From positions 434,001-498,000 of the forward strand of contig NW_027362117.1 in assembly GCF_039654945.1 (NCBI RefSeq): DNA of 64,000 nt, in the 5' to 3' direction. Made by a program: the position numbers and the translations under genes. The DNA comes from Dendrobates tinctorius. Its lineage: Eukaryota. Below, piece after piece: positions 27,480 to 40,205 of this stretch (positions within the stretch are counted from its first letter, which is position 1; the number at the start of each line of letters is the position of its first letter). The notes under the pieces were generated by a model. The model was given only the letters and a program-made list of their open reading frames with translations, had not been told where the DNA came from and did not search any database.

Positions 27480-28442
27480 CACGCCAACCTGACATACACA
27501 ACACCACACACACCAACCTGACGTATACTACACCACACACCAACCTGACGTATACTACACCACACACCAACCTGACGTACACTACACCACACACACCAAC
27601 CTGACGTACACTACGCCACACACCAACCTGACATACACTACACCACACACCAACCTGACGTACACTACGCCACACACACACACACCAACCTGACGTACAC
27701 TACGCCACACACACCAACCTGATGTAGTGTCAGGATGGGATGTGTGGTGTAGTGTACGTCAGGTTGGTGTGTGTGTGTGGCGTAGTGTACGTCAGGTTGG
27801 TGTATGGTGTAGTGTATACTATACCACACACACCAACCTGACGTACACTACATTACACACACCAACCTGACGTACACTACGCTACACACACCAACCTGAT
27901 GTAGTATCAGGTTGGTATGTGTGGCGTAGTGTACGTCAGGTTGGTGTGTGTGGCGTAGTGTACGTCAGGTTGGTGTGTGTGTGCCGTGTACTACACCACA
28001 CACCAACCTGACGTACACTACGCCACACATACCAACCTGATACATCAGGTTGGTGTGTGTGGCGTAGTGTACGTCAGGTTGGTGTGTGGTGTGGTGTAGT
28101 GTACGTCAGGTTGGTGTGTGTGTGGTGTAGTGTACGTCAGGTTGGTGTGTGGCATAGTGTACGTCAGGTTGGTGTGTGTGTGGTGTATACTATACCACAC
28201 ACACCAACCTGACGTAGACTACGCCACACACACACCAAACTGACGTACACTACGCCACACACACCAACCTGATGTAGTGTCAGGTTGGTATGTGTGGCGA
28301 AGTGTACGTCAGGTTGGTGTGTGTGTGTGTGGCGAAGTGTACTTCAGGTTGGTGTGTGTGTGTGTGGCGTAGTGTACGTCAGGTTGGTGTGTGTGTGGTG
28401 TATACTATAACACACACACACACCAACCTGACGTACACTACA
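27480..28442. repeat. ~30-bp minisatellite in alternating orientations inside the piggyBac
   Basis: ACCAACCTGACGTACACTACGCCACACAC blocks alternate with their reverse complement about 8 times. Confidence 0.93.
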
Positions 28443-31400
28443 TAGTTTCCATAAGCGACCTGGTGTCCGCTAATGATTGGAGCTAACTTTCCATTCCAAA
28501 AGTCAAATGGCGCTCCTTCCCTTCAGGGCCCTGCCGTGCGCCCAAACAGTGGTTTATGACTACATATGAGGTATCGGTGTACTCAGGAGAAATTGCTCAA
28601 CAAATTTTAGGATCAATTTTATCCTGTTGCCCAGGTGAAAATGAAAACATTGATGCTAAAAAAAAAATTTTGTTGGAAAAATTAAAATGTCCATTTTTTC
28701 CTTCCACGTTGCTTTAGTTCCTGTGAAGCACCTGAAGGGTTAATAATCTTCTTAAATGTAGTTTTGAGTAGCTTGAGGGGTGCAGTTTTTAGAATGGTGT
28801 CACTTTTGGGTATTTTCTGCCATATAGACCCCTCAAAGTGACTTCAAATGTGAGGTGGTCTCTAAAAAAAATGGTTTTGTAAATTTTGTTGTAAAAATGA
28901 GAAATCGCTGGTCAACTTTTAACCCTTATAACTTCCTAACAAAAAAAAATGTTTCCAAAATTGCGCTGATGTAAAGTAGACATGTGGGAAATGTTATTTA
29001 TTAACTAGTTTGTGTCACATAACTCTCTGGTTTAACAGAATAAAAATTTGAAAATTGCAAAATTTTCAAAATTTTCGCCAAATTTCCATTTTTTTCACAA
29101 ATAAACGCAAAACTTTTCGACCTAAATTTACCACTAACATGAAGCCCAATATGTCACGAAAAAACAATCTCAGAATCGCTAGGATGCGTTCCTGAGTTAT
29201 TACCTCATATAGGGACACTGGTCAGAAATGCAAAAAATGGCCAGGTCATTAAGGTCAAAATAGGCTGGGTCATGAAGGGGTTAAAGCAAGGACCTCCAAG
29301 GTGGTATTTTCGGAAATACTTCCTGTACCACGTGCCACGCCAGAAAGGCAACGGGAGATTAGGGAGGTTAATAAGTGGCTCAGGAATTGGTGTAGGAAGG
29401 AGGGGTTTGGGTTCCTGCAGAACTGGGCCGACTTCTCAGTTGGCTACAGGTTCTACGCTAGGGACGGGCTGCACCTCAATGGGGAGGGAGCAGCTGTGCT
29501 GGGGGAGAAAATGGCTAGAAGGCTGGAGGAGTGTTTAACCTAGGGACGGGGGGGGGGGGAGGGTATTCATTTTATAGGAAGGAAGACAGTGCAGACAGAG
29601 ACCTGGGTGCAAATTATGAGATTGGGGGTGGGGGTGGCATGGGGGGTGGGGTTAGAACATTTAATAATTTAAGAAAGAATAGAGGTACAGAGAGACACAT
29701 AAAGTGCATGTATACTAATGCCAGAAGCCTCGCCAACAAGATGGAGGAATTGGAGTTAATGTTGTTGGAACATAATTCTGCCATGGTGGGGATATCTGAG
29801 ACATGGCCGGACGAGAGCCGTGACCGGGCGGATAATTTACAGGGCTATAGTCTGTTCTGGAATGACCGTACAAATAAGCGAGGGGGAGGCGAGTGTTTAT
29901 ATGTAAAATCATCCTTACAACCCATCCTGCGTGATAATATATATGAATCTAATGAGAATGTAGAGTCCCTGTGGGGGGAGATAAGGGGAGGGGGGAAAAA
30001 TAATAAATTACTGATAGGGGTTTGTTATAAATCTCCAAAAATAATGGAAGCAACAGAGAATATCCTCATAAAGCAAATAGATGAAGCTGCGACTCAAGGA
30101 GGAGTCATTATTATGGGGGACTTCACCTACCCCGAAATACATTGGGGAACCGAAACCTGCAGCTCCAGCAAAGGTGATAGGTGTCTGACAACTATGAGAG
30201 ACAATCACCTTTCACCACTGGTTCAGGACCAACAAGAGGGGGAGCACTGCTAGATCTAATATTACCCCACAGGCCAGACCGCAGATCAGATGTAAGGGTT
30301 GGGGGTCACTGGGGGGATAGTGATCACAAATTAATAAGTTTTCATGTGTCCTGTAATAAGATGTGTAGTAGAGGGGTTACAAGGACACGAAACTTCAGGA
30401 AGGCAAATTTCCAACGGATGAGAGATGATCTTGATGCAATAACTGGGACGATATCCTGAGACATAAAAATACACAAAGACAATGGGAGACGTTAATTATC
30501 CTCCTGAATAGGAGCTGTGCACGATATATACCGTATGGGAATAAACATGCAAGAAATAGGAGGAGACCACTAAGGCTAAATAGAGCTGTAAGGGGCGCAA
30601 TAAGGGACAAAAAGAAAGCAGAGAATTACAGCAAGTAGGTAGTGATGAGGCATTAACTAAATACAGAAGATTACATAAATTCTGTAAAAAGCAAATCAAG
30701 ACAGCAAAGATTGAGACAGAGAGACTCATTGCCAGAGAAAGTAAAAATAATCCCAAAATATTCTATACTACATAAATAGTAAGAAACTAAAAAATGATAG
30801 TGTTGGTCCCCTTAAAAATAGTCTGGGTGAAATGGTGGATGAGGAAAAAGCCAATATGCTAAATGACTTTTTTCAACAGTATTTACACAAGAAAATCCCA
30901 TGACGGATAACATGATCAGGGATAAAAATTCTCCGTTAAATGTCACCTGCTTAACCCAGCAGGAAGTACGGCGGCGTCTAAAAATCACTAAGATTGACAA
31001 ATCCCCGAGCCCGGATGGGATACACCCCTGAGTACTGCAGGAATTAAGCACAGTCATAGATAGACCATTATTCTTAATCTTTAAAGATTCCATAATAGCA
31101 GGGTCTGTACCACAGGACTGGCGTATAGCAAATGTGGGTCCAATATTCAAAATGGGGACAAAAACTGAACTTGGAAATTATAGGCCAGTAAGTTTAACCT
31201 CAACTGTGGGTAGAATCCTGGAGGGTTTTCTAAGAGATACTATACTGGAGTATCTGGAGAAGAATAACCTCATGACCCAATATCAACATGGGTTTACGAG
31301 GGACCGTTCCTGTCAGACTAATCTGATAAGCTTCTATGAAGAGGTATGTTCCGGACTGGACCAAGGGAATGCAGTGGACATGGTGTACATGGACTTTTCA

Positions 31401-31562
31401 AAAGCTTTTGATACGGTGCCACACAAAAGGTTGATACATAAAATGAGAACAATGGGGATAAGGGAAAATATGTGTAGATGGGTTAAGAGCTGGCTCAGCG
31501 ACAGGAAACAAAGGGTGGTTAATAATGGAGCACACTCGGACTGGGTCACGGTTAGCAGTGGG

Positions 31563-31672
31563 GTACGACAGGGGTCAGTATTGGGAACCACAGGGGTCAG
31601 TATTGGGTACCGCAGTGGTCAGTATTGGGTACCACAGGGGTCAGTATTGAGTACCACAGGGGTCAGTATTGG
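31563..31672 (+). repeat. 5 x 22-bp tandem repeat of the CR1 RT motif PQGSVLG
   Basis: GTACCACAGGGGTCAGTATTGG x5; shifts the ORF2 frame. Confidence 0.9.
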
Positions 31673-32090
31673 GCCTGCTTCTTTTTAACATATTTATTAA
31701 TGACCTTGTAGGGGGCATAGAGAGTAGAATTTCAATATTTGCAGATGACACTAAACTCTGCAGGGTAATCAATACAGAGGAGGACAATTTTATATTACAG
31801 GAGGATTTATGTAAACTAGAAGCTTGGGCTGATAAATGGCAAATGAGCTTTAATGGGGATAAATGTAAGGTCATGCACTTGGGTAGAACGAACAAGATGT
31901 ATAATTATGTGCTTAATTGTAAAACACTGGGCAAAACTGTCACTGAAAAAGACCTGGGTGTATGGGTGGACGACAAACTCACATTTAGTGGCCAGTGTCA
32001 GGCAGCTGCTGCAAAGGCCAATAAAATAATGGGATGCATTAAAAGAGGCATAGATGCTCATAAGGAGAACATAATTTTACCTCTATATTA

Positions 32091-32335
32091 GGCTACTTTC
32101 ACATTAGCGTCGTGCAACGCACGTTGCAATGCGTCGTTTTGGGGAAAAAAAACATCCTGCAAAGTTGCCTGCAGGATGCATTTTTTCTCCATTGACTTAC
32201 ATTAGCGACGCATTGCCACACATCGCATCCGTCGTGTGACGGATGCGTCGTGTTTTGGCGGCCGCGACGCACACAAAAACGTCACATGTAACTTTTTTTG
32301 TGCGTCGTCTCCGCCATTTTCTACCGTGCATGCGG
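32091..32335. mobile_element. Truncated PIF/Harbinger-like MITE inside CR1 ORF2
   Basis: TTA-GGCTACTTTCACA left end; CpG-rich palindromic interior; right TIR and adjacent CR1 sequence missing. Confidence 0.65.
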
Positions 32336-32815
32336 GTGATCTTATTACAATGTATAAATATATGCGGGGACAGTACAAAGACCTTTCTAATGATCTTTTT
32401 ACTCAGACCTGTGACGGGGACAAGGGGGCATCCTCTACGTCTGGAGGAAAGAAGGTTTAAGCATACTCACAGACGCGGATTCTTTACTGTAAGAGCAGTG
32501 AGACTATGGAACTCTCTGCCATATAATGCTGTAATGAGTGATTCCCTACTAACATTTAAGAAGGGACTCGATGCCTTTCTTGAAAAGTATAATATTACAG
32601 GGTATATACACTAGTTTCCTTAATATTGCGTTGATCCAGGGAGCTAGTCTGATTGCCGTATGTGGAGTCGGGAAGGAATTTTTTTCCTCAATGTGAAGCT
32701 TACTGTTTGCCACATGGGTTTTTTGCCTTCCTCTGGATCAACATGTTAGGGCAAGTTAGGATAGGATATGGGGTGAACTAGATGGACTTAAAGTCTCCCT
32801 TCAACCTTAATAACT

Positions 32816-33640
32816 GTTACCATGAGTTACATCCTGTATTATACCCCAGAGCTGCACTCACTACTCTGCTGGTGCAGTCACTGTGTACATACATTACTGA
32901 TCCTGAGTTACCTCCTGTATTATACTCCAGAGCTGCACTCACTATTCTGCTGGTGCAGTCACTGTGTACATACATTACATTACTGATCCGGAGTTACCTC
33001 CTGTATTATACTCCAGAGCTGCACTCACTATTCTGCTGGTGCAGTCACTGTATACAGACATTACATTACTGATCCGGAGTTACCTCCTGTATTATACTCC
33101 AGAGCTGCACTCACTATTCTGCTGGTGCAGTCACTGTGTACATACACATTACATTACTGATCCTGAGTTACATCCTGTATTATACCCCAGAGCTGCACTC
33201 ACTATTCTGCTGGTGCAGTCACTGTGTACATACATTACATTACTGATCCTGAATTACACCTTGTATACCTCAGAGCTGCACTCACTATTCTGCTGGTGAA
33301 GTCACTGTGTACATACATTACATTACTGATCCGGAGTTACCTCCTGTATTATACTCCAGAGCTGCATTCACTATTCTGCTGGTGCAGTCACTGTGTACAT
33401 ACATTACATTACTGATCCTGAATTACACCTTGTATACCTCAGAGCTGCACTCACTATTCTGCTGGTGAAGTCACTGTGTACATACATTACATTACTGATC
33501 CTGAGTTACATCCTGTATTATACTCCAGAGCTGCACTCACTATTCTGCTGGTGCAGTCACTGTGTACATACATTACATTACTGATCCTGAATTACATCTT
33601 GTATACCCCAGAGCTGCACTCACTATTCTGCTGGTGCTGT
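32816..33640. repeat. ~85-bp satellite, right part
   Basis: Same unit as 22845-23189. Confidence 0.95.
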
Positions 33641-34364
33641 GAATGACACCAAACCTGCAGGAACATTGGCCACTCTTGGGCTCTTGTACTTTTGATCACG
33701 TTTTTTCCATCGTGGCTCGGTGTCTGGGTTCCTCGCCGCGGTTCTGGGCTCATTGTGAGTTTGTCATCAGTCGGGTGCTGCTGTAGGATCAGGCTCGCAG
33801 CTCTTACAGCAAAGTGTTGTTTCCACACTTTTCTGGGCATCGCCTGCACTAGTTGGTGTCAACTTTGCACTTTCTGTCCACGTCTTCTCTTGACGCAGAG
33901 CGACACCCGTCCATTTTACTACTCCACACGACCATTGGAGAATGAGGATGTTGGGAGTTATACCTTCAGGGCTTCTGTGCCAGTCACAGCTGCACGCTCG
34001 GTACTGCTGGTTTCCAGATCACCCCCTGCTGGATCAGTGCTGCTGTGTTGGTTTATGGGATGTAAAAAAAAAAAAAAAAAGACAGCCAGGAGCAGGATGG
34101 TGATTGCTGCTCCGGCTAAGAATGGAGTGTGAGGAAATGAAATGAAAAAAAAAAAAAAAACAGCTTTAAAGTGTTAAGAAAACAAAGACCTGAAATCCTT
34201 TTATTTGACATCTTTACGTAAAGTGTCAGCACCGAGAGCTCCGGGGTGGGGGGCGCCTGTTATGGATTTTGTCAATTTTTTTTTTGGTCATTAAAATGTA
34301 AAAGTCATGCAGCGTCTCCTGCTCCGTAGGGGCCTGAATGGGCGGCACTCGGGGGTCCTGCACT

Positions 34365-34868
34365 TCAGGACTGGCTCCTCTTCCGGTACAGATAAGCGTT
34401 ACTGACTTGGTTCATCACCACCAGGCCAGTGAGCAGCGGGCAGAGAGCGCAGAAGTACCACGAGACGCCAGTGACATGGGCGCTGAACCACAGGGAACAC
34501 ATGCCAAGGAACAGGCTGGTGCATCCCAGCAGGTATCCCAGCAGGCCAGAGGTGGCATGGTACAACTTGCGGGTAGACAGGGTCCAGCGCTGCACCAGTT
34601 TGGGGTACAATAGCGTTACCCCGCCGGTGTTCTGCACCAGCGCCCACAGCACGGTGAGTAATCCCAGCAGACCGTGCCACGTGGAGAAGTGAGGCTTCCC
34701 GTGTACAACCTTGTTATAGTAGATGATGCCCAGGCCCAGGATGGCGCAGAGGACGGAGAGGAGATGCAGAACCCAGTGCGCCCGCACCCGCGCCTTATGG
34801 GAGAAGGAGCGCAGCAGGGAGGAGTCAGGAGAGAAAACCAAGATGGCTTCTGTCATGAAGAAGGAGAA
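34365..34868 (-). CDS. CYB561D2: Cytochrome b561 family member D2, last coding exon
   Basis: Acceptor TTTGCAG|TTC; [51 protein letters not shown]; minus-strand AATAAA at 34200-34205. Confidence 0.96.
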   Translation of the reverse strand, partial: FSFFMTEAILVFSPDSSLLRSFSHKARVRAHWVLHLLSVLCAILGLGIIYYNKVVHGKPHFSTWHGLLGLLTVLWALVQNTGGVTLLYPKLVQRWTLSTRKLYHATSGLLGYLLGCTSLFLGMCSLWFSAHVTGVSWYFCALCPLLTGLVVMNQVSNAYLYRKRSQS

Positions 34869-35084
34869 CTGCAAAGAGAAAACAAAGACAATCGGTATCA
34901 GTCACCGCTGATCCCTCATCACACACCCCAAATATGCTGATGACAATGGAAACGCCGGGAGGAAGTGTAATCACAATTATAGAGCACTAGCTGAAGAGCC
35001 CGGCGCTGCCCGGGCATAGTAACTAACTACGGTTAGTGTGCAAAGCTGAGTGTAGAGCCCCACCCACGCCACATTCACTATTAT

Positions 35085-37985
35085 ATCCCACATCATCCCG
35101 TCAGCCAGAGCCACTGGACTACTACCCCTAATATCCCCCATCATCCCGTCAGCCAGAGCCGCCGGACTACTACCACTAATCACACATCATCCCGTCAGCC
35201 AGAGCCGCCGGACTACTCCCCCTAATATCCCACATCATCCCGTCAGCCAGAGCCACTGGACTACTACCCCTAATATCCCCCATCATCCCGTCAGCCAGAG
35301 CCACTGGACTACTACCCCTAATATCCCACATCATCCCGTCAGCCAGAGCCGCCGGACTACTCCCCCTAATATCCCACATCATCCCGTCAGCCAGAGCCAC
35401 CGGACTACTACCCCTAATATCCCACATCATCCCGTCAGCCAGAGCCACCGGACTACTACCCCTAATATCCCACATCATCCCGTCACAGCCACCGGACTAC
35501 TACCCCTAATATCCTACATCATCCCGTCAGCCAGAGCCACCGGACTACTCCCCCTAATATCCCACATCATCCCGTCACAGCCACCGGACTACTACCCCTA
35601 ATATCCCACATCATCCCGTCACAGCCACCGGACTACTACCCCTAATATCCCACATCATCCCGTCAGCCAGAGCCACCGGACTACTACCCCTAATATCCCA
35701 CATCATCCCGTCACAGCCACCGGACTACTACCCCTAATATCCTACATCATCCCGTCAGCCAGAGCCACCGGACTACTACCCCTAATATCCCACATCATCC
35801 CGTCACAGCCACCGGACTACTACCACTAATATCCCACATCATCCCGTCAGCCAGAGCCACCGGACTACTACCCCTAATATCCCACATCATCCCGTCACAG
35901 CCACCGGACTACTCCCCCTAATATCCCACATCATCCCGTCAGCCAGAGCCACCGGACTACTCCCCCTAATATCCACATCATCCCGTCAGACAGAGCCGCC
36001 GGACTACTACCCCTAATATCCCACATCATCCCGTCAGCCAGAGCCACCGGACTACTACTCCTAATATCCCACATCATCCCGTCAGCCAGAGCCACCGGAC
36101 TACTACCCCTAATATCCCACATCATCCCGTCAGCCAGAGCCACCGGACTACTACCCCTAATATCCCACATCATCCCGTCAGACAGAGCCGCCGGACTACT
36201 ACCCCTAATATCCCACATCATCCCGTCAGACAGAGCCGCCGGACTACTACCCCTAATATCCCACATCATCCCGTCAGCCAGAGCCACCGGACTACTACCC
36301 CTAATATCCCACATCATCCCGTCAGCCAGAGCCACCGGACTACTACCGCTAATATCCCACATCATCCCGTCAGCCAGAGCCACCGGACTACTACCGCTAA
36401 TATCCCACATCATCCCGTCAGCCAGAGCCGCCGGACTACTACCCCTAATATCCCACATCATCCCGTCAGCCAGAGACACCGGACTACTACCACTAATATC
36501 CAACATCATCCCGTCAGCCAGAGCCACCGGACTACTACCCCTAATATCACACATCATCCCGTCAGCCAGAGCCACTGGACTACTACCCCTAATATCCCAC
36601 ATCATCCCGTCAGCCAGAACCGCCGGACTACTCCCCCTAATATCCCACATCATCCCGTCAGCCAGAGCCACTGGACTACTACCCCTAATATCCCCCATCA
36701 TCCCGTCAGCCAGAGCCACTGGACTACTACCCCTAATATCCCACATCATCCCGTCAGCCAGAACCGCCGGACTACTCCCCCTAATATCCCACATCATCCC
36801 GTCAGCCAGAGCCACTGGACTACTACCCCTAATATCCCCCATCATCCCGTCAGCCAGAGCCACTGGACTACTACCCCTAATATCCCACATCATCCCGTCA
36901 GCCAGAGCCGCCGGACTACTCCCCCTAATATCCCACATCATCCCGTCAGCCAGAGCCACCGGACTACTACCCCTAATATCCCACATCATCCCGTCAGCCA
37001 GAGCCACCGGACTACTACCCCTAATATCCCACATCATCCCGTCACAGCCACCGGACTACTACCCCTAATATCCTACATCATCCCGTCAGCCAGAGCCACC
37101 GGACTACTCCCCCTAATATCCCACATCATCCCGTCACAGCCACCGGACTACTACCCCTAATATCCCACATCATCCCGTCACAGCCACCGGACTACTACCC
37201 CTAATATCCCACATCATCCCGTCAGCCAGAGCCACCGGACTACTACCCCTAATATCCCACATCATCCCGTCACAGCCACCGGACTACTACCCCTAATATC
37301 CTACATCATCCCGTCAGCCAGAGCCACCGGACTACTACCCCTAATATCCCACATCATCCCGTCACAGCCACCGGACTACTACCACTAATATCCCACATCA
37401 TCCCGTCAGCCAGAGCCACCGGACTACTACCCCTAATATCCCACATCATCCCGTCACAGCCACCGGACTACTCCCCCTAATATCCCACATCATCCCGTCA
37501 GCCAGAGCCACCGGACTACTCCCCCTAATATCCACATCATCCCGTCAGACAGAGCCGCCGGACTACTACCCCTAATATCCCACATCATCCCGTCAGCCAG
37601 AGCCACCGGACTACTACTCCTAATATCCCACATCATCCCGTCAGCCAGAGCCACCGGACTACTACCCCTAATATCCCACATCATCCCGTCAGCCAGAGCC
37701 ACCGGACTACTACCCCTAATATCCCACATCATCCCGTCAGACAGAGCCGCCGGACTACTACCCCTAATATCCCACATCATCCCGTCAGACAGAGCCGCCG
37801 GACTACTACCCCTAATATCCCACATCATCCCGTCAGCCAGAGCCACCGGACTACTACTCCTAATATCCCACATCATCCCGTCAGCCAGAGCCACCGGACT
37901 ACTACCACTAATATCCTACATCATCCCGTCTGCCAGAGCCACCGGACTACTACTCCTAATATCCCACATCATCCCGTCAAAGCCA
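35085..37985. repeat. 48-bp minisatellite (43-bp variants) in CYB561D2 intron
   Basis: CATCATCCCGTCAGCCAGAGCCACCGGACTACTACCCCTAATATCCCA units; variant pattern repeats at 1559 bp. Confidence 0.97.
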
Positions 37986-38994
37986 GTAAAAGTAGAATAG
38001 TGTAATTGCACAGAAACATGGTTCACTAAGATCCCAGGTCAACTTGTAATTTGCCCGGCTGAGTTGCTCATGGATGTACAGCATCTGTATGCAGTATAGT
38101 ATTATAGTTAATGGGTTGTTATGGGAAAAGCATTACGTGTTATATGGGTATATTCAGGTGAATTATGGGGAAAGTAGCACTTTAAAAAAACTCACAGCAT
38201 CAGAGCACAGTAACACATCAATAATGCATAAAAGTGTCTGTGAGAAGATATTAAATCCACATGACATTTAATATGCACTTTCCTATATTCGTGTGTCACT
38301 TAATGATACCACACGGGAGGGGGGGATTCATTTCTGTCATGTGCTCTCTGCTCCTTTCTGGGGGCAGACAATGGCTGGGAGCTTATGTTCCCGAGGATGC
38401 TAGATTTCTCCCACCATGTCAGTGTAGGTGTTGTCAAGTGGGAAAACTTGCGCATAGCAACCAATCACAGCTCAGCTTCTTTTAACCAACTCTGGTGAAA
38501 TGAGAGGGGCTTAGTGATTGGTTGCAAGGAAAACTGTTGGTCATAGCAACCAATCAGAGCTTAGCTTCTTTTGAACAGCTCTGGTGAAATGAGAGATGCT
38601 TTGTGATTGGTTGGTGATACACTGAATTTTATATATAGAGATTCACTGTTCTGTACCGTCAGAGCTGAAATCTAGAGTTCCCTATTTGTTCAGTTTCTGC
38701 TAAAATAATGTGAACTGCCTCCATACGTTACAGGAGATGAGCTAAGAAGGAAATGTGCACAACAGTACTGACTGTCTCCAATAATAACCAGCAGAATAGT
38801 GAGTGCAGCTCTTAAGTAAACACAGAAATCCTGGAACTTCTGGCCACGTGCAGAAATCCTGGCACCTCCGGCCTCGGCTGCTGTCACTAAGGTCATTAAT
38901 GGTCGTCTGAGGAAGGTTCTGCTGCTGATTGTACAAATCATCAAGATCTGCTGCCGGCAGCTCCTGTGTAATCACAGACCAATGACTTGCTCGA

Positions 38995-39735
38995 TGGAGA
39001 CAAGTGTGAAGACACCGCCACAAGAGACGAGTGCGGAGACGCCGCCGCCACGATAGACGAGTGCGGAGACGCCGCAGCATCGAGAGACGAGTGCAGAGAC
39101 GCCGCAGCATCGAGAGACGAGTGCAGAGACGCCGCAGCATCGAGAGACGAGTGCAAAGACTCCGCAGCCACGAGAGACGAGTGCAAAGACGCCGCAGCCA
39201 CGAGAGACGAGTGCAAAGATGCCGCAGCCACGAGAGACGAGTGCAAAGACGCCGCAGCCACGAGAGACGAGTGCAAAGACGCCGCAGCCACAAGAGACGA
39301 GTGCAGAGAATCCACAGCCTCGAGAGACGAGTGCGGAGATGCCGCAGCCTCGAGAGACGAGTGCGGAGACGCCGCAGCCTCGAGAGACGAGTGCGGAGAC
39401 GCCGCAGCCTCGAGAGACGAGTGCGGAGACGCCGCAGCCTCGAGAGACGAGTGCGGAGACGCCGCAGCCTCGAGAGACGAGTGCGGAGACGCCGCAGCCT
39501 CGAGAGACGAGTGCGGAGACGCCGCAGCCTCGAGAGACGAGTGCAGAGACGCCGCAGCCTCGAGAGACGAGAGCAGAGACGCCGCAGCCTCGAGAGACGA
39601 GTGCGGAGAAGCCACAGCCTCGAGAGACGAGTGCGGAGAAGCCACAGCCTCGAGAGACGAGTGCGGAGAAGCCACAGCCACGAGAGACAAGTGCGGAGAA
39701 GCCACAGCCACGAGAGACAAGTGCGGAGAATCCAT
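38995..39735. repeat. 30-bp CpG-rich minisatellite
   Basis: GAGACGAGTGCGGAGACGCCGCAGCCTCGA x~24. Confidence 0.96.
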
Positions 39736-40167
39736 CCACAGCAGAGGTGCTGGCATTTCTGCACGAGGATCAGACTGCGGACGCTGTACATTCTGTGTCC
39801 ATCTTTCCATCACGTGCAGGTCAGTGACATCTCCGTCCAGTGATTTCCATCTTTCCATCACTTCTTCTTGGTGTTTGAGGTTCGGAGTGAATAATTGGTT
39901 ACAACAATCGGACTCTACAATTAAGTGCGTCCCGGACACCAGAAAGGCAGAAGTTTTTTAACCCCACTTGTCTTCTTTATGGCTTGCAAAAAAAAAAAAT
40001 CCTTGTTTTATTGCGCCACTCTCCCTGTTTTTTCCTTCCATTGCTGCAGACGTGGCTCCCACCGCTTTTACCTGCCGTGTTCTCTAATCTTACAAGCCTC
40101 CAACCTCCCCCCTGTCTCCCACCGCTACATGTTCACATTACCAGTAATCTGCGCAGGGAGGACTCAC

Positions 40168-40205
40168 CGCCAGACTCATGAAGAACGGGTGCCAGGAGAA
40201 AAGCG
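40168..40205 (-). CDS. CYB561D2: CYB561D2 38-bp middle coding exon
   Basis: TTGCAG|CG CTT TTC TCC TGG CAC CCG TTC TTC ATG AGT CTG GCG|GTGAGT = (S)LFSWHPFFMSLA; phases fit (127+38+504=669 nt). Confidence 0.93.

Larger units (their letters stand above)
24276..29280 (+). mobile_element. piggyBac transposon (5.0 kb)
   Basis: TTAA TSDs at 24272-24275 and 29281-29284; TIR CCCCTTCAYGACC; removing it restores CR1 ORF1 GCKL-KARTSKVVFSEIL. Confidence 0.96.
23190..32815 (+). mobile_element. Near full-length degenerate CR1 LINE (ORF1 Zn-finger + SGNH esterase; ORF2 endonuclease + RT) hosting three insertions
   Basis: ORF1 CxxC..CxxC, VVGDSII, HIGTND, DGLHLN; ORF2 YTNARSL, YMDFSKAFD, FADD; sits inside the 85-bp satellite. 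Confidence 0.93.

Noticed and set aside
35176-37894. MMWDIRGSSPVALADG repeat ORFs
   Set aside because: 48-bp intronic minisatellite
38742-39961. Protamine-like or antifreeze-like repeat ORFs in all six frames
   Set aside because: 30-bp unit lacking stop codons in any frame; intronic; no supporting splice or promoter evidence
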